Positions 8,242 to 18,374 of a stretch of 37,665 bases of DNA are shown piece by piece. How positions within the stretch are numbered: the stretch's first letter is position 1; each line of letters starts with the position of its first letter. The DNA is taken from NCBI GenBank assembly GCA_046049215.1, contig JBJOER010000006.1, positions 1-37,665 on the forward strand. The letters are read 5' to 3'. The translations under genes were made by a program, and so were the position numbers. This DNA is from Bacteroidota bacterium (GTDB lineage: Bacteria > Bacteroidota > Bacteroidia > AKYH767-A > OLB10). Under the pieces are notes generated by a model. That model made no database searches. It saw only the letters and a program-made list of their open reading frames with translations, and was not told the origin of the DNA.

Positions 8242-8249
8242 TATCTTTG
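8242..8249 (+). promoter_or_regulatory. -7 box, probably leaderless regulator transcript
   Basis: Exact TATCTTTG, 5 nt before the ATG at 8255. Confidence 0.65.
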
Positions 8250-8254
8250 GAATC

Positions 8255-9628
8255 ATGTCGCAGGGCAATCAGCACAGTCCGGAACGCAGGCTCCTGGTCT
8301 ATATCGTGGAAGACGACCCGTGGTATGGTGAACGCCTGCTTCATCACTTGAGTCTCAACCCGGACAACGAAGTGGTCAAGTTCGACAATTCAAAAGATTT
8401 TCTTTCGGCTATCCACGACCGTCAGCCCGATGTTGTCACATTGGATTACAAACTTCCCGATCTGTCCGGAGATTTGCTGTTAAAGCGGATCCGTTCGACA
8501 TATCCCGACGCCGCCATCATCGTCATATCCGCTCAGGAAGACCTTGCCACGGCACTTGATATGCTCCGTGAAGGAGCTTACGACTATTTCGTCAAGAACG
8601 ACGAAACCCGCGACCGGCTATGGAATGCCATCAACAACATCCGAAAGAATGTCGAGCTGAGAAAGGAAGTGCAGGTGCTACGCAATTATGTGGAGAAACA
8701 ATACGATTTCAAGCACCTGATCATCGGCAATTGTGAATCCATGAAAAAGGTCTATGGATTGGTTGTGAAAGCCGCTTCAACCCAGATCAACGTTTCAATC
8801 TCCGGTGAAACCGGTACCGGAAAGGAACTTGTTGCCAAAGCGATCCATTTTAATTCCGAGCGTGCCCGAAATCCTTTTGTTGCCGTGAACCTGGCTTCCG
8901 TTCCGCGCGACCTTCTTGAGAGCGAACTGTTCGGGCACGAGAAAGGTGCTTTTACGGGTGCGATAGCTATGCGGATCGGACGATTTGAAGAAGCGCATGG
9001 TGGTACTCTTTTCCTGGATGAAATCGGCGATCTCGATATTACGCTACAGGCTAAATTGCTACGTGTCATCCAGGAGCGTGAAATCACGCGTGTGGGAGGT
9101 AACAAGGTTATTCCTGTCGATGTTCGCATCATCACGGCAACGCACATGAATCTGATGGAAGAGGTGAGGAAAGGACGTTTCCGGGAGGACTTTTTTTATC
9201 GTCTGCTGGGCTTGCCTGTCAGCCTGCCCCCTCTGCGTGAAAGGGGGAATGACAAACTACTGCTGGCCAAGCATTTCCTGGATGCATTCTGTGCCGCAAA
9301 TAAAATCGGCAAGAGGCAATTTTCCCAGGAAGCAAAGGACAAGATCATGGCCTACCGTTATCCGGGCAATGTACGTGAACTGAAAGCCGTAATTGAACTT
9401 GCCGCTGTGATGACTGACGGAGATCACATCGACACGGAAGATATTTCGTTCACTGCAGCCCGTACACCCTCGGACATGCTGGATCAAGATCTGACCCTGG
9501 ATGAATATAACCGCCTGATCATACGCCATTATCTCGACCGCTTCGATGGGAATGTGATTGAAGCTGCTCATCGGCTGGGTATTGGCAAGTCTACGATTTA
9601 CCGTCTCATCAAGGAAGGTAAAATCTAA
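8255..9628 (+). CDS. Sigma-54-dependent NtrC-family response regulator (REC-AAA+-HTH)
   Basis: REC (VEDD, TLDYKLPD), GETGTGKE, ESELFGHEKGAFTGA, TLFLDEIGD, YPGNVREL, Fis-type HTH AAHRLGIGKSTIYR. Start moved to ATG 8255. Confidence 0.95.
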   Translation: MSQGNQHSPERRLLVYIVEDDPWYGERLLHHLSLNPDNEVVKFDNSKDFLSAIHDRQPDVVTLDYKLPDLSGDLLLKRIRSTYPDAAIIVISAQEDLATALDMLREGAYDYFVKNDETRDRLWNAINNIRKNVELRKEVQVLRNYVEKQYDFKHLIIGNCESMKKVYGLVVKAASTQINVSISGETGTGKELVAKAIHFNSERARNPFVAVNLASVPRDLLESELFGHEKGAFTGAIAMRIGRFEEAHGGTLFLDEIGDLDITLQAKLLRVIQEREITRVGGNKVIPVDVRIITATHMNLMEEVRKGRFREDFFYRLLGLPVSLPPLRERGNDKLLLAKHFLDAFCAANKIGKRQFSQEAKDKIMAYRYPGNVRELKAVIELAAVMTDGDHIDTEDISFTAARTPSDMLDQDLTLDEYNRLIIRHYLDRFDGNVIEAAHRLGIGKSTIYRLIKEGKI

Positions 9629-9645
9629 ATCAAACCTCCAATTCC

Positions 9646-12600
9646 ATGTCTTCAAACGAGCGTCTGCTTTTCTTCGAACAGGTCATGGACCAGCTCAGAG
9701 GCGATATCGCGGTCTTCGACCTGCAGCACAGGTATGTCTATGTCAACCAGTATGCGATCCGTGATCCGGAGATGAGGCAATGGATCATTGGAAAGAATGA
9801 TGTAGAGTATTGTGCTTTTCGGGGAATCAACCGGGAACTTGCGGTTCAACGCCGCCATCATTTTGCCGAAGCGTTAAGGACCGGAGTGCTTCAGGAATGG
9901 GAAGAGTATGTATTGGATAAAGCCGGCAACCCCAGAGCTTTTATCCGTCGAATCTTCGTGGTCAACGATGCTTCAGGTGCCCCTGAATTTCTGGTAGGTC
10001 ATGGGATTGAGATTACGGAACGATGGATCGCCGACAAGGAATTGCGTACCAGCAGCGACCTCCTCACAAGCGTATTGCAGGCTGTGCCGGGACCTGTTGC
10101 TGTAAAAGACAATCAAGGCCGGTTTCTCCTTGCTAACAATGCAATGCTCGCTTTGTACAAGGTAAGTCATGAGGAACTGATCGGTAAATCACAGTCAGAG
10201 TTTCATCAGAATGGCAGTGAAGCGGAGCGCTTCGTTGAACTGGAGTCGAAATTGATTTGTTCCGGTGATCGCGACAGGCGTGAAGAGCAGTTTACGGATG
10301 CCATGGGTGTCGTCCGTTGGTTCGAAACCACACGTATACCCTTTCAAAATTCGCTCGGCGATACCCAGGTGTTGCTCTTCTCCACCGATATCACCGAAAG
10401 GCGGGAGAAGGAGTTTCTGCTCATCGACAGTGAACGCAAACTCAATGAAGCCCAGGAACTCTCCAAGACCGGTAGCTACGAACTCGTATTTCCGAACGGA
10501 AACATCAAGTGGTCGAAAGGCATGTATTTAATCTGGGAGTTGGACTCTTCTGTACATCCAACACTGGATTTGTTCTATTCCCGGATGCATCCGGATGACA
10601 TTGAGCGTGTGGTCAAACGCCAGGGTGAAATGCATGTGGGTGAGGTGCCATTCAGCATCGTTTACAGGATCATCGTACCATCCGGAAAGATCAAATACAT
10701 TGAGGCTTCCTCCAAGATTGAGCCTGCCGATCATCCAGGTGGAATGAAGGTCATTGGAACCTGCCAGGATGTAACAGAGCGCATCTTGCTGGAGAATGAA
10801 TTAAGGGCCAGCGAGCGGCGACTCATCGAAGCGCAGGAGATTGCACGGTCCGGAAGTTGGGAGATTCGGTTTTCTCCCCAATTGGAAATCATTTGGTCGC
10901 CGGGTCTTTTTAAAATCTGCGAACGCGAATTTCATGAAGGTCAGCCTACACCCGAATTATTCTATGCACAGGTTCATGAACAGGATCGTCCGCGTTTGGA
11001 AAAAGTGATCAATGACCTCGTCGACAATGGAATACCCGGCGAAGTGAAGTATGGATTCAGTACTTGGGCCGGAAATGACCGGGTGTTTATTTCAAGGGGG
11101 CTGGTCAACCGGGACGCTGATGGTAATCCGGTATCGGTTTATGGTACAACCACCGATATTACCTTCGAATACCTTACCGAGCAACGGCTTCGTTCCAGCG
11201 AGAATCAGTTGCTGATGGCACAGGAGATTGCACGTGTCGGTTCTTTCGTTTTCAATATGGATGATATGACGGTGGAGTGGTCCCCGGGCATGTTTCGTAT
11301 TTGGGAGCTGAATCCCGATCATGGCACGCCCGATTTCGATACTATATCTACCTACTATCATCCGGATGATCTTCCCGAAGTGATGAATCAATTCAAGAGC
11401 CGAAGTCCCGGGATCGACGAGAGATCAATCGATATACGGATTGTCATGCCAGATCAGCGTATCAAATACCTGGAGGTGCGCTACCGTTGGATAATTCATG
11501 ATGGTTTGGTTCAGAATAAAGTCTTCGGTACAGCCATGGATGTATCTGAGAAGAAGCAGTTTGAAACAGAGCTGCTCCGTGCCCGAAAGCAGGCGGAGGA
11601 TTCTGTCAAGGCAAAGGAGAATTTCCTTGCCAACATCAGTCACGAGTTGCGTACGCCTCTGAATGGTATCCTGGGCATGCTTCGGTTGCTTCAGAAAACA
11701 AATCTTAGCAGCGTCCAGCGGGAGTATCTCGATGTACTCAGCCACACTTCGGGCAATCTGCTCACCATCATCAACGATATCCTGGATTTCGCCAAATTGG
11801 AATCGGGCGGATATCTGCTTGAGGAAACCGTTTTTGATCCTGCGATGATAGCGGATACAGCCTTCCAGCTTCAGTTGGTCAAAGCGGAAGAAAAAGGCTT
11901 GGTCATGCGTCACCTGCATGAGCATTCTGACCCGATTCCCAGGGTTTGGGGTGATCCGAACCGGTTGAGCCAGATCCTATTGAACCTCCTGAACAATGCT
12001 GTTAAATTCACCAACAGAGGGGAGGTGTTGTTGACTCATCGGGTGAGCTCCACAGAGGGTGACTCTGTGGTGTTGTCGTTTTCGGTAAGGGATACTGGTA
12101 TAGGGATCCCAGCTGAAATGCTTGAGCGGATTTTCGAAAGCTTTACCCAAGTGAACGCGTCCGGATTCGGCGGTGGGGGAGTAGGGCTGGGACTTACGAT
12201 CACCAAAGGCCTTGTTGAGCGTCTTGGAGGATCCATCCGTGTCGATAGCACTCCGGATGTCGGTAGTAGTTTCACTGTAGAGATACCCTACCGGAAGGCT
12301 TCACGTGATAACCTGACTACTGAATCCGGTCCGATCCCTGCCGGTCTCGGTGAACTTAGGGTGCTTGTAGTGGAAGACAACAAAGTGAACTTGTACATCA
12401 CCGAATCCATGCTACAGGCCTGGGGATTACAGGTTGAGGTCGCATTAAACGGTGAAGACGCTGTTCGAATGGCCGATGAAAATAATTATGATCTGATCCT
12501 AATGGATGTCCAGATGCCCGTCATGGATGGTCTGGAAGCGACCAGGTTGATCCGTAAGTTCAGGAACAGGGCTAGGGCCTCTGTGCCCGTTGTTGCCGTC

Positions 12601-13140
12601 ACAGCCAATACCTCCAGGCTGGCGCATAAAAACCTGATCAGGGAAGGGATGAACGACTGCCTCGTGAAGCCTTTCCGCGAAGAGCAGCTTTTCCGGAAGA
12701 TCCTTTCTAATATCAATAAAGATAACCTGCCTTCAGGAACTTTGCCTAAACGTAAGTTCCCGCAGCGAAAAACTCCCGGCATGAAGGGGAAATCCCTTTA
12801 CGACCTCTCCCTGTTGATGCGTGATGATCCGGGTAATGATGCTTTTCTTAGGCGGATGCTCTCTATTTTTATCGAAACGATTCCCGCCTCTGTGGCATCA
12901 ATGGAGGAATTTTATGAAAATGGGGATTGGGATATGGTCAGTTCACTGGCTCATAAGATCAAACCGACCCTCGATGGAACCGGAATCACCTCGGTGCGTG
13001 AAATTATTCGGAACATCGAATCTTTTAGCGAGAAAAAGCGGAGTCCAGTCCAACTTGGAGAGGATATTTCGACGCTGAGGAAGATCATCGATGAAGTTGT
13101 TCGTTCCTTTGAAAAGGAGATTGAACGGATTCAGGCCTGA
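9646..13140 (+). CDS. Cytoplasmic multi-PAS hybrid histidine kinase (PAS x5, HisKA, HATPase, REC, Hpt)
   Basis: Repeated PAS/PAC units (HPDD, DITE/DVTE), H-box FLANISHELRTPLNG, N-box NLLNNAVKFT, G-boxes DTGIGI and GVGLGL, REC LMDVQMPVMDG, Hpt-like LAHKIKP. No transmembrane segment seen. Confidence 0.93.
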   Translation: MSSNERLLFFEQVMDQLRGDIAVFDLQHRYVYVNQYAIRDPEMRQWIIGKNDVEYCAFRGINRELAVQRRHHFAEALRTGVLQEWEEYVLDKAGNPRAFIRRIFVVNDASGAPEFLVGHGIEITERWIADKELRTSSDLLTSVLQAVPGPVAVKDNQGRFLLANNAMLALYKVSHEELIGKSQSEFHQNGSEAERFVELESKLICSGDRDRREEQFTDAMGVVRWFETTRIPFQNSLGDTQVLLFSTDITERREKEFLLIDSERKLNEAQELSKTGSYELVFPNGNIKWSKGMYLIWELDSSVHPTLDLFYSRMHPDDIERVVKRQGEMHVGEVPFSIVYRIIVPSGKIKYIEASSKIEPADHPGGMKVIGTCQDVTERILLENELRASERRLIEAQEIARSGSWEIRFSPQLEIIWSPGLFKICEREFHEGQPTPELFYAQVHEQDRPRLEKVINDLVDNGIPGEVKYGFSTWAGNDRVFISRGLVNRDADGNPVSVYGTTTDITFEYLTEQRLRSSENQLLMAQEIARVGSFVFNMDDMTVEWSPGMFRIWELNPDHGTPDFDTISTYYHPDDLPEVMNQFKSRSPGIDERSIDIRIVMPDQRIKYLEVRYRWIIHDGLVQNKVFGTAMDVSEKKQFETELLRARKQAEDSVKAKENFLANISHELRTPLNGILGMLRLLQKTNLSSVQREYLDVLSHTSGNLLTIINDILDFAKLESGGYLLEETVFDPAMIADTAFQLQLVKAEEKGLVMRHLHEHSDPIPRVWGDPNRLSQILLNLLNNAVKFTNRGEVLLTHRVSSTEGDSVVLSFSVRDTGIGIPAEMLERIFESFTQVNASGFGGGGVGLGLTITKGLVERLGGSIRVDSTPDVGSSFTVEIPYRKASRDNLTTESGPIPAGLGELRVLVVEDNKVNLYITESMLQAWGLQVEVALNGEDAVRMADENNYDLILMDVQMPVMDGLEATRLIRKFRNRARASVPVVAVTANTSRLAHKNLIREGMNDCLVKPFREEQLFRKILSNINKDNLPSGTLPKRKFPQRKTPGMKGKSLYDLSLLMRDDPGNDAFLRRMLSIFIETIPASVASMEEFYENGDWDMVSSLAHKIKPTLDGTGITSVREIIRNIESFSEKKRSPVQLGEDISTLRKIIDEVVRSFEKEIERIQA

Positions 13141-14321
13141 GTGGTCAGGAGCTTCTCAATTTTCCTGGTGACCAATGCAGCTCCATGCTCCCAGGAGAAT
13201 TGCCTGTTGACAAACAAGGAAGCATGACGGACGATCGATTCGCGCATGGCATCGTCGGTGCACAAACGGACAATGTGTGCCGCATATTCTTCCGGTTCAT
13301 CCGCTACAAGTACCTCTTTTCCTGGCGTGGCTCCAATGGCATTGTTGGCAAGCGTAGAGATCACACAAGGCACTCCCATGGCCATGGCCTGCAGGATCTT
13401 GTTCTGCAACCCGATGCTGATAAGCATAGGGGCGACCATCACACTTGATTCTGCGAATGCTGTGCGGATATCGTCCATCCATCCGCTTACGTGAATGGAT
13501 GAACTCTCCAGATTTCGGATTTGTCTTACCGGCTCAGCACCTGCGATCAGCAGATTGGCTTCGGGCATCGATCTCCGGAGGATAGGCATGATCATTTTTG
13601 CGGTGAAAATTGCGCTTGCGATGTTGGGAGGATACGCCATGTGTCCGTTGAACATAACCGTGTATTTCCGTGTCGATCGTATCGGATGGAAATACGATAA
13701 ATCAACACCGTTAGGTACGATGTCGATCCTGTCTTTCTCAACTAAAGGCATGCATTCTCTGTCCTGTCCGGAAATGATGAAATGGGCACGGAAGTCGTGG
13801 AATACCTTTTGCTCATAGTCCGCCACCGCCGCCGCTTCGCGGCGCACAAAAGGCTTCAGCCACAGAGACGCCGTAGCATGCATTCGTTCCATACCCTTCG
13901 AAAACGCGTCCATGTAATCAATGACCCTGACCTTTGCAGGTATGCGGCGGGCATACTCTGCCATGCGGATCAAGTGACAAAAAACAATTTCCGGAGTTGT
14001 CTCCTGAACAACCTTTTCGAGGTCTCTGAAGCTTTTTGCCGACTGGAAATAGGCGACCTGATAGGGTAGTTTGCGCAACACCAAGAGGTTTATGGCGGAT
14101 TGCAACTTGGGGATGACTGAACAGTGGATCGAATGGCAATAGGGAGAAAGGGCGTTGCGCTGGGCTGCTGTGATTTGCTCAGGAGAGATGGCGAAAAGTA
14201 CGACTTCGAAGCGCTGACTTAATTCCCGGATGAGATGGTAAGCCCGCAGCTTATCGCCTTTTTCAAGTGGAAAAGGAAAGCGTGATGTCAGGAAGAGCAG
14301 GCGCTTCTTGGGAGGAGTCAT
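13131..14321 (-). CDS. GT-B glycosyltransferase, family 4-like
   Basis: SRFPFPLEKGDKLR N-terminus, IVPNGVD, GLQNKILQAMAMGVPCV, QFSW. Confidence 0.88.
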   Translation of the reverse strand: MTPPKKRLLFLTSRFPFPLEKGDKLRAYHLIRELSQRFEVVLFAISPEQITAAQRNALSPYCHSIHCSVIPKLQSAINLLVLRKLPYQVAYFQSAKSFRDLEKVVQETTPEIVFCHLIRMAEYARRIPAKVRVIDYMDAFSKGMERMHATASLWLKPFVRREAAAVADYEQKVFHDFRAHFIISGQDRECMPLVEKDRIDIVPNGVDLSYFHPIRSTRKYTVMFNGHMAYPPNIASAIFTAKMIMPILRRSMPEANLLIAGAEPVRQIRNLESSSIHVSGWMDDIRTAFAESSVMVAPMLISIGLQNKILQAMAMGVPCVISTLANNAIGATPGKEVLVADEPEEYAAHIVRLCTDDAMRESIVRHASLFVNRQFSWEHGAALVTRKIEKLLTTQA

Positions 14322-14375
14322 TCGGAAATGTAAAAATAGTCACATCCTTCGATCTTCCTTTGTGTGTGCGGTTTA

Positions 14376-14398
14376 AGCCCCGGGTTCAACCCAGGGCT
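14376..14398. repeat. GC-rich inverted repeat (REP-like) between divergent genes
   Basis: AGCCC-C-GGGTT-C-AACCC-A-GGGCT, followed by GTTTTT. Confidence 0.5.
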
Positions 14399-14411
14399 GT
14401 TTTTAAATGCC

Positions 14412-14419
14412 TAAGTTTG
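14412..14419 (+). promoter_or_regulatory. -7 box, probably leaderless thioesterase transcript
   Basis: Exact TAAGTTTG, 4 nt before the ATG at 14424. Confidence 0.65.
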
Positions 14420-14423
14420 GATC

Positions 14424-14870
14424 ATGCACGAGATGTTACATCATTTCCGTCACAAGGTGAAAATACAGGTGCGCTTCAAGGATCTCGACTCCATGGGGCA
14501 TGTAAACAACGCTAATCATCTCACCTATTTCGAGCTTGCTCGGGTGTCCTATTTCCATGAAGTGGTGAAAGAGGAGGTGGACTGGCATCGCCAGGGTATC
14601 ATTCTTGCCCGTATGGAGATCGATTATAAAAGCCCCATTTTACTCGACGACGATTTATGGGTCTATGTACGAGTCTCTGCATTCGGTCGAACCAGCTTTA
14701 CGATGGAGTATTTCATCGTATCGAACCGACCTGGAGGTTCTGTGCTCAGAGCTACGGGCAAATCCATACAGGTCTGCTATGATTATTCCAGTAATCTCCC
14801 CGTTGAAGTCCCTTCAACCTGGAGGTCAAGGGTGATTGCCTTTGAGCCCGATGCCTCAGCCCTTTCTTAA
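14424..14870 (+). CDS. Acyl-CoA thioesterase (4HBT/YbgC hot-dog family)
   Basis: VRFKDLDSMGHVNNANHLTYFELAR, IDYKSPI. Confidence 0.93.
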   Translation: MHEMLHHFRHKVKIQVRFKDLDSMGHVNNANHLTYFELARVSYFHEVVKEEVDWHRQGIILARMEIDYKSPILLDDDLWVYVRVSAFGRTSFTMEYFIVSNRPGGSVLRATGKSIQVCYDYSSNLPVEVPSTWRSRVIAFEPDASALS

Positions 14871-16277
14871 GTAAGGCCAGGGAGTGGCGAGCCGTTTTGT
14901 AAAATCACCTTGGAATCGCAAGTCGTTGTAACGGTCCTGCCCTTCAAGAAAATAGATCGTGTACCCTTTTTTTCTCCAGTCAGTCAATTCCTCCTCGCTG
15001 CAATAATGGCGAATGATCACATCCGAAGGTCCTCGTTCCTTCTCGCGCTGCAGGACCAACAGATGTGCCTGCCACCAGCCGGTGATCAATACTGCAGGTT
15101 GTCTCACATCGTCGATTGAGTTCATCACCCTTTCTGCATATCGTATTCGTTGTATTCTTTTGCTCCTGTCGGCAATGACTAGGCCAGATAAAGGATCCAT
15201 TGCGATTTGCTGTCCGCCGGCTTCGAAAGTCCACGCAAACTTGCTTACGGTTGAACCACGATCCTCTTCCGCCAGGTTGATGCCGAAAGTGAAACACGAC
15301 AGGATCAAACTGACAGTAAGCGCAAACAAAGATTTTCTGGATAAACGAATCGCCAGCCAGGCCAGCAGGAAAGGTGCCACTGGAATCATGAAGGCGGATT
15401 TCAGTGGCAGCCTGACGAATGCGATGGCATAAAGCGCACAGGTAATGATGCTGACCACCGCCAGGGTGTTTTGGCAGTCACTAGTTGATCCTGCTGCAAC
15501 CGAGTTCCGTTGTGGACGAACAATGGCAACCAACAATGCGATGCATACTGCAAGGAACCCGGGAAGTCCCCAGACACCGATCGTTCCCTTGTAGGTGTTT
15601 TTCAACCATCCCGGAATCGGGAAGTGTTCGTAAAAGGTGAAGAATCCGGTTCCATAGTTCAGCAGTACGGGTAGGAATGAAAGTGCTGAAAAGAGTAGGG
15701 TGCTCAAGGAGAATCTCACGACAGCCATCCATCTCTTGCCCTCGTCGGCATGTGCGTAGCTTAGGATGGACAACGGAATGATCATCGCACCGGAAGTGAT
15801 TCTGCAGCCACAGGCTATTCCCAGCATTAAACCCGCCATGATGACTTTTTTGCCGGACGCATGAAGCGCGGCGATAAGTACAAACGAGACCGCCCACATG
15901 TAGTCCATCGAATCGGTACTGTGAATGAATACGATAGGTGTGAAGGCCAGGGCTACTCCTGCAGGCAAGGCATGCGCCACCCCGTGTCGTCGTAGCAGCA
16001 GCATGAATGCGTGAATGCCCGCGGTGCTGATCAAAGCGGTCAGCAAATTATAGATCCAGGCGCCTGAATCCCAGATGGCGCTGTAAACCAGTTCTTGTAG
16101 CGGATGACCGGGTAGACGGGAAACTTCGTACAGGCCGGTCGTCGCAATCCGTTCGGCCACCAGGCGAAGGGCCCAGGCGTCTTCTTCGGCTCCATACCCC
16201 TCGAAGAGAAAGGGTAGTCGGGAAATGAAAATCAACAGCGAACAGATCCAGAGCGATTTCCTGCTATCCGCTTTCAT
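14856..16277 (-). CDS. Polytopic membrane protein, possible GT-C-type glycosyltransferase
   Basis: Many hydrophobic helices, acidic EED in the first loop followed by SRLPGHP, soluble C-terminal part. ATGA overlap with the S41 gene stop. Function inferred. Confidence 0.6.
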   Translation of the reverse strand: MKADSRKSLWICSLLIFISRLPFLFEGYGAEEDAWALRLVAERIATTGLYEVSRLPGHPLQELVYSAIWDSGAWIYNLLTALISTAGIHAFMLLLRRHGVAHALPAGVALAFTPIVFIHSTDSMDYMWAVSFVLIAALHASGKKVIMAGLMLGIACGCRITSGAMIIPLSILSYAHADEGKRWMAVVRFSLSTLLFSALSFLPVLLNYGTGFFTFYEHFPIPGWLKNTYKGTIGVWGLPGFLAVCIALLVAIVRPQRNSVAAGSTSDCQNTLAVVSIITCALYAIAFVRLPLKSAFMIPVAPFLLAWLAIRLSRKSLFALTVSLILSCFTFGINLAEEDRGSTVSKFAWTFEAGGQQIAMDPLSGLVIADRSKRIQRIRYAERVMNSIDDVRQPAVLITGWWQAHLLVLQREKERGPSDVIIRHYCSEEELTDWRKKGYTIYFLEGQDRYNDLRFQGDFTKRLATPWPYLRKG

Positions 16278-17860
16278 GACTCCTTGTGGATGATTCGAAG
16301 GGCCTCGCGGACAGCATTGTCCTGTTCAAGGAGGATGGGGTACAATCCTTTGCTTTGCCAAAGCAAACGTGCAATGTAGGCCCGCAGTTGGTTGCGTAGG
16401 AACACCTCCGATTTTTGAAGGCCGCCGGGGTCCTTACTAACCCCGTTTTTATCGGCAAATGCCACAAATTGGTTGAGGAGGGGCCCGTCAACCTGGAATT
16501 TTTTGCGGAAATCCTCCGGGCCGGAGTAGGCCTGCAGTTGCTCACGATTCGCATCTACGTAATCGTAAGCGAAGCGGTTGATGAGGCCTTCGCCGTAGAT
16601 CTTGTCGAGATATGTGCTGTTATAGGAAGTGTCAAGAGGCACGAAGATGTCCGGCATGATGCCTCCTCCTCCGTAAACGGTTCTTCCGGACGAAGTCTTG
16701 AACTTTAGGCTGTCTGCCTGCTTGATGCTGTCGGCGGAAATCATTTCACCGTGTCTGAAACGGTTGTACAATTCGCCATCATAGTCCTGCCCGCCTTTGT
16801 CGTAAGGCTTCTGAATGCTTCGGCCGCTGGGTGTATAGTATCGTGCTATGGTCAGGCGTAAAGCGGATCCATCAGGCAGTTCGGATTGTTCCTGCACCAG
16901 TCCTTTGCCGAATGACCGCCTGCCGATGATGGTTCCCCGGTCCCAGTCCTGGATCGCTCCTGCGAGGATCTCTGAGGCGGACGCGGAACCTTCGTCGATA
17001 AGAACGATAAGCTCGCCCTTCTCGAACAGGCCTTCTTTTCGTGCCTTGTAATCGGATCGGGGTCTCGATTTACCGCTGGTGTAGACAATCAGCTTGTTTC
17101 CATCCAGGAATTCATCTGTAAGTTTGGTTGCTGCATCGAGGAAGCCTCCGGGATTTCCGCGGAGATCCATGATTAGGGATTTCATGCCTTCTGACTTCAG
17201 TTGTTCCAGTGCAGTACGGCACTCCTCATAGGTGGTTGCACTGAATCGGCTCAACTTGATGAAGCCCGTTTGTTCATCGAGCATATAAGCCGTTTCCAGG
17301 CTGTTCAAGGGTATCTTTCCTCGGATGATTTTGAAATCGATTAGGGTTTCCTTGTTTCGTCGATAGATACTAACGGTGACCTCGCTACCTCCTTCACCAC
17401 GAAGATATTTTTGTACCTGTTCGTTGTTGATCCCGATCCCGGCTACATTTTTACGGTCGACCTTCACAATGCGGTCACCGGCCATCAATCCCACCTTTTC
17501 GCTTGGACCACCGGGAATAGCGGATACCACCATGATTGTGTCCTGCTGAATATGGAATTCAATGCCGATCCCTTCAAAATTGCCCTCTAACGACTCATTG
17601 ACGGCTTGGAGGTCCTTTGCCGGGATGTAGGCTGAGTGAGGGTCAAGTTGAAGCAGCATGGCTTCGATGGTCGTTTCCACGAGGGAGTCGGTCGATATGG
17701 GATCGACGTACTCCTGCTCGATATAATCCAAAACGGTTTTCAACTTGCTTCGTTCATCACCGGAAGAACCAGGTCTCAAGCTATGACCAAGGTAGATGCC
17801 CAGCGCAAGTGAAAGTCCGAGGAATATGGGCAGGAAGACAATTGAGCGTGCGGGCCTCAT
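16274..17860 (-). CDS. S41A family carboxy-terminal processing protease (PDZ + peptidase)
   Basis: LDPHSAY, GIGI PDZ, DLRGNPGG, SASASEI (catalytic Ser), SFGKGLVQ (Lys), ARYYTPSGRSIQ. Confidence 0.95.
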   Translation of the reverse strand: MRPARSIVFLPIFLGLSLALGIYLGHSLRPGSSGDERSKLKTVLDYIEQEYVDPISTDSLVETTIEAMLLQLDPHSAYIPAKDLQAVNESLEGNFEGIGIEFHIQQDTIMVVSAIPGGPSEKVGLMAGDRIVKVDRKNVAGIGINNEQVQKYLRGEGGSEVTVSIYRRNKETLIDFKIIRGKIPLNSLETAYMLDEQTGFIKLSRFSATTYEECRTALEQLKSEGMKSLIMDLRGNPGGFLDAATKLTDEFLDGNKLIVYTSGKSRPRSDYKARKEGLFEKGELIVLIDEGSASASEILAGAIQDWDRGTIIGRRSFGKGLVQEQSELPDGSALRLTIARYYTPSGRSIQKPYDKGGQDYDGELYNRFRHGEMISADSIKQADSLKFKTSSGRTVYGGGGIMPDIFVPLDTSYNSTYLDKIYGEGLINRFAYDYVDANREQLQAYSGPEDFRKKFQVDGPLLNQFVAFADKNGVSKDPGGLQKSEVFLRNQLRAYIARLLWQSKGLYPILLEQDNAVREALRIIHKES

Positions 17861-18333
17861 GGTGTTTTTTGTTCACCGGATGAAACGAATCGGGAGACTT
17901 CAACGCCGAAACGTTGTAGAAAGTCCACACCCTCTTCCACATCAATCCCTTTGTAGGCGGCATACGAGTCTCGAAAGATCACCTTTCGGATGCCGGTCGT
18001 ATATATGATCCGGGCACACGGCAGACAAGGGGCAAGGGTGACGTATAAGGTGGCGTCCTCCAGAGTCAACTGGTTCTTTGCCGCATAGAGAATGGCATTC
18101 GCTTCTGCATGTAGTGCCAGGGAGCAACCGCCTTTCCTGTCCCTCGGGCAACCGGTTTCCGGCCATTCTTCATCACAGTTGTGTGTCCCCGCAGGTGGCC
18201 CGTTGTAGCCCAGAGAAACGATACGGGTGTCTTTGGCGATGACTGCGCCAACTTTTGTCTTCACGCAGTGGGACTTTTGAGCCAGATTTCCGGCCAGGTC
18301 CATGTACAATTGATCGAAACTGATTTTTGACAT
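17857..18333 (-). CDS. dCMP deaminase family protein
   Basis: GYNG, HAE and PCxxC zinc motifs. Confidence 0.93.
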   Translation of the reverse strand: MSKISFDQLYMDLAGNLAQKSHCVKTKVGAVIAKDTRIVSLGYNGPPAGTHNCDEEWPETGCPRDRKGGCSLALHAEANAILYAAKNQLTLEDATLYVTLAPCLPCARIIYTTGIRKVIFRDSYAAYKGIDVEEGVDFLQRFGVEVSRFVSSGEQKTP

Positions 18334-18340
18334 CGAAGGT

Positions 18341-18348
18341 CAAAGATA
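18341..18348 (-). promoter_or_regulatory. -7 box for the deaminase-S41-membrane protein operon
   Basis: Exact TATCTTTG, 7 nt before the ATG at 18333. Confidence 0.65.
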
Positions 18349-18374
18349 AGTGTTGATGACTTGAAGCAGGGATC

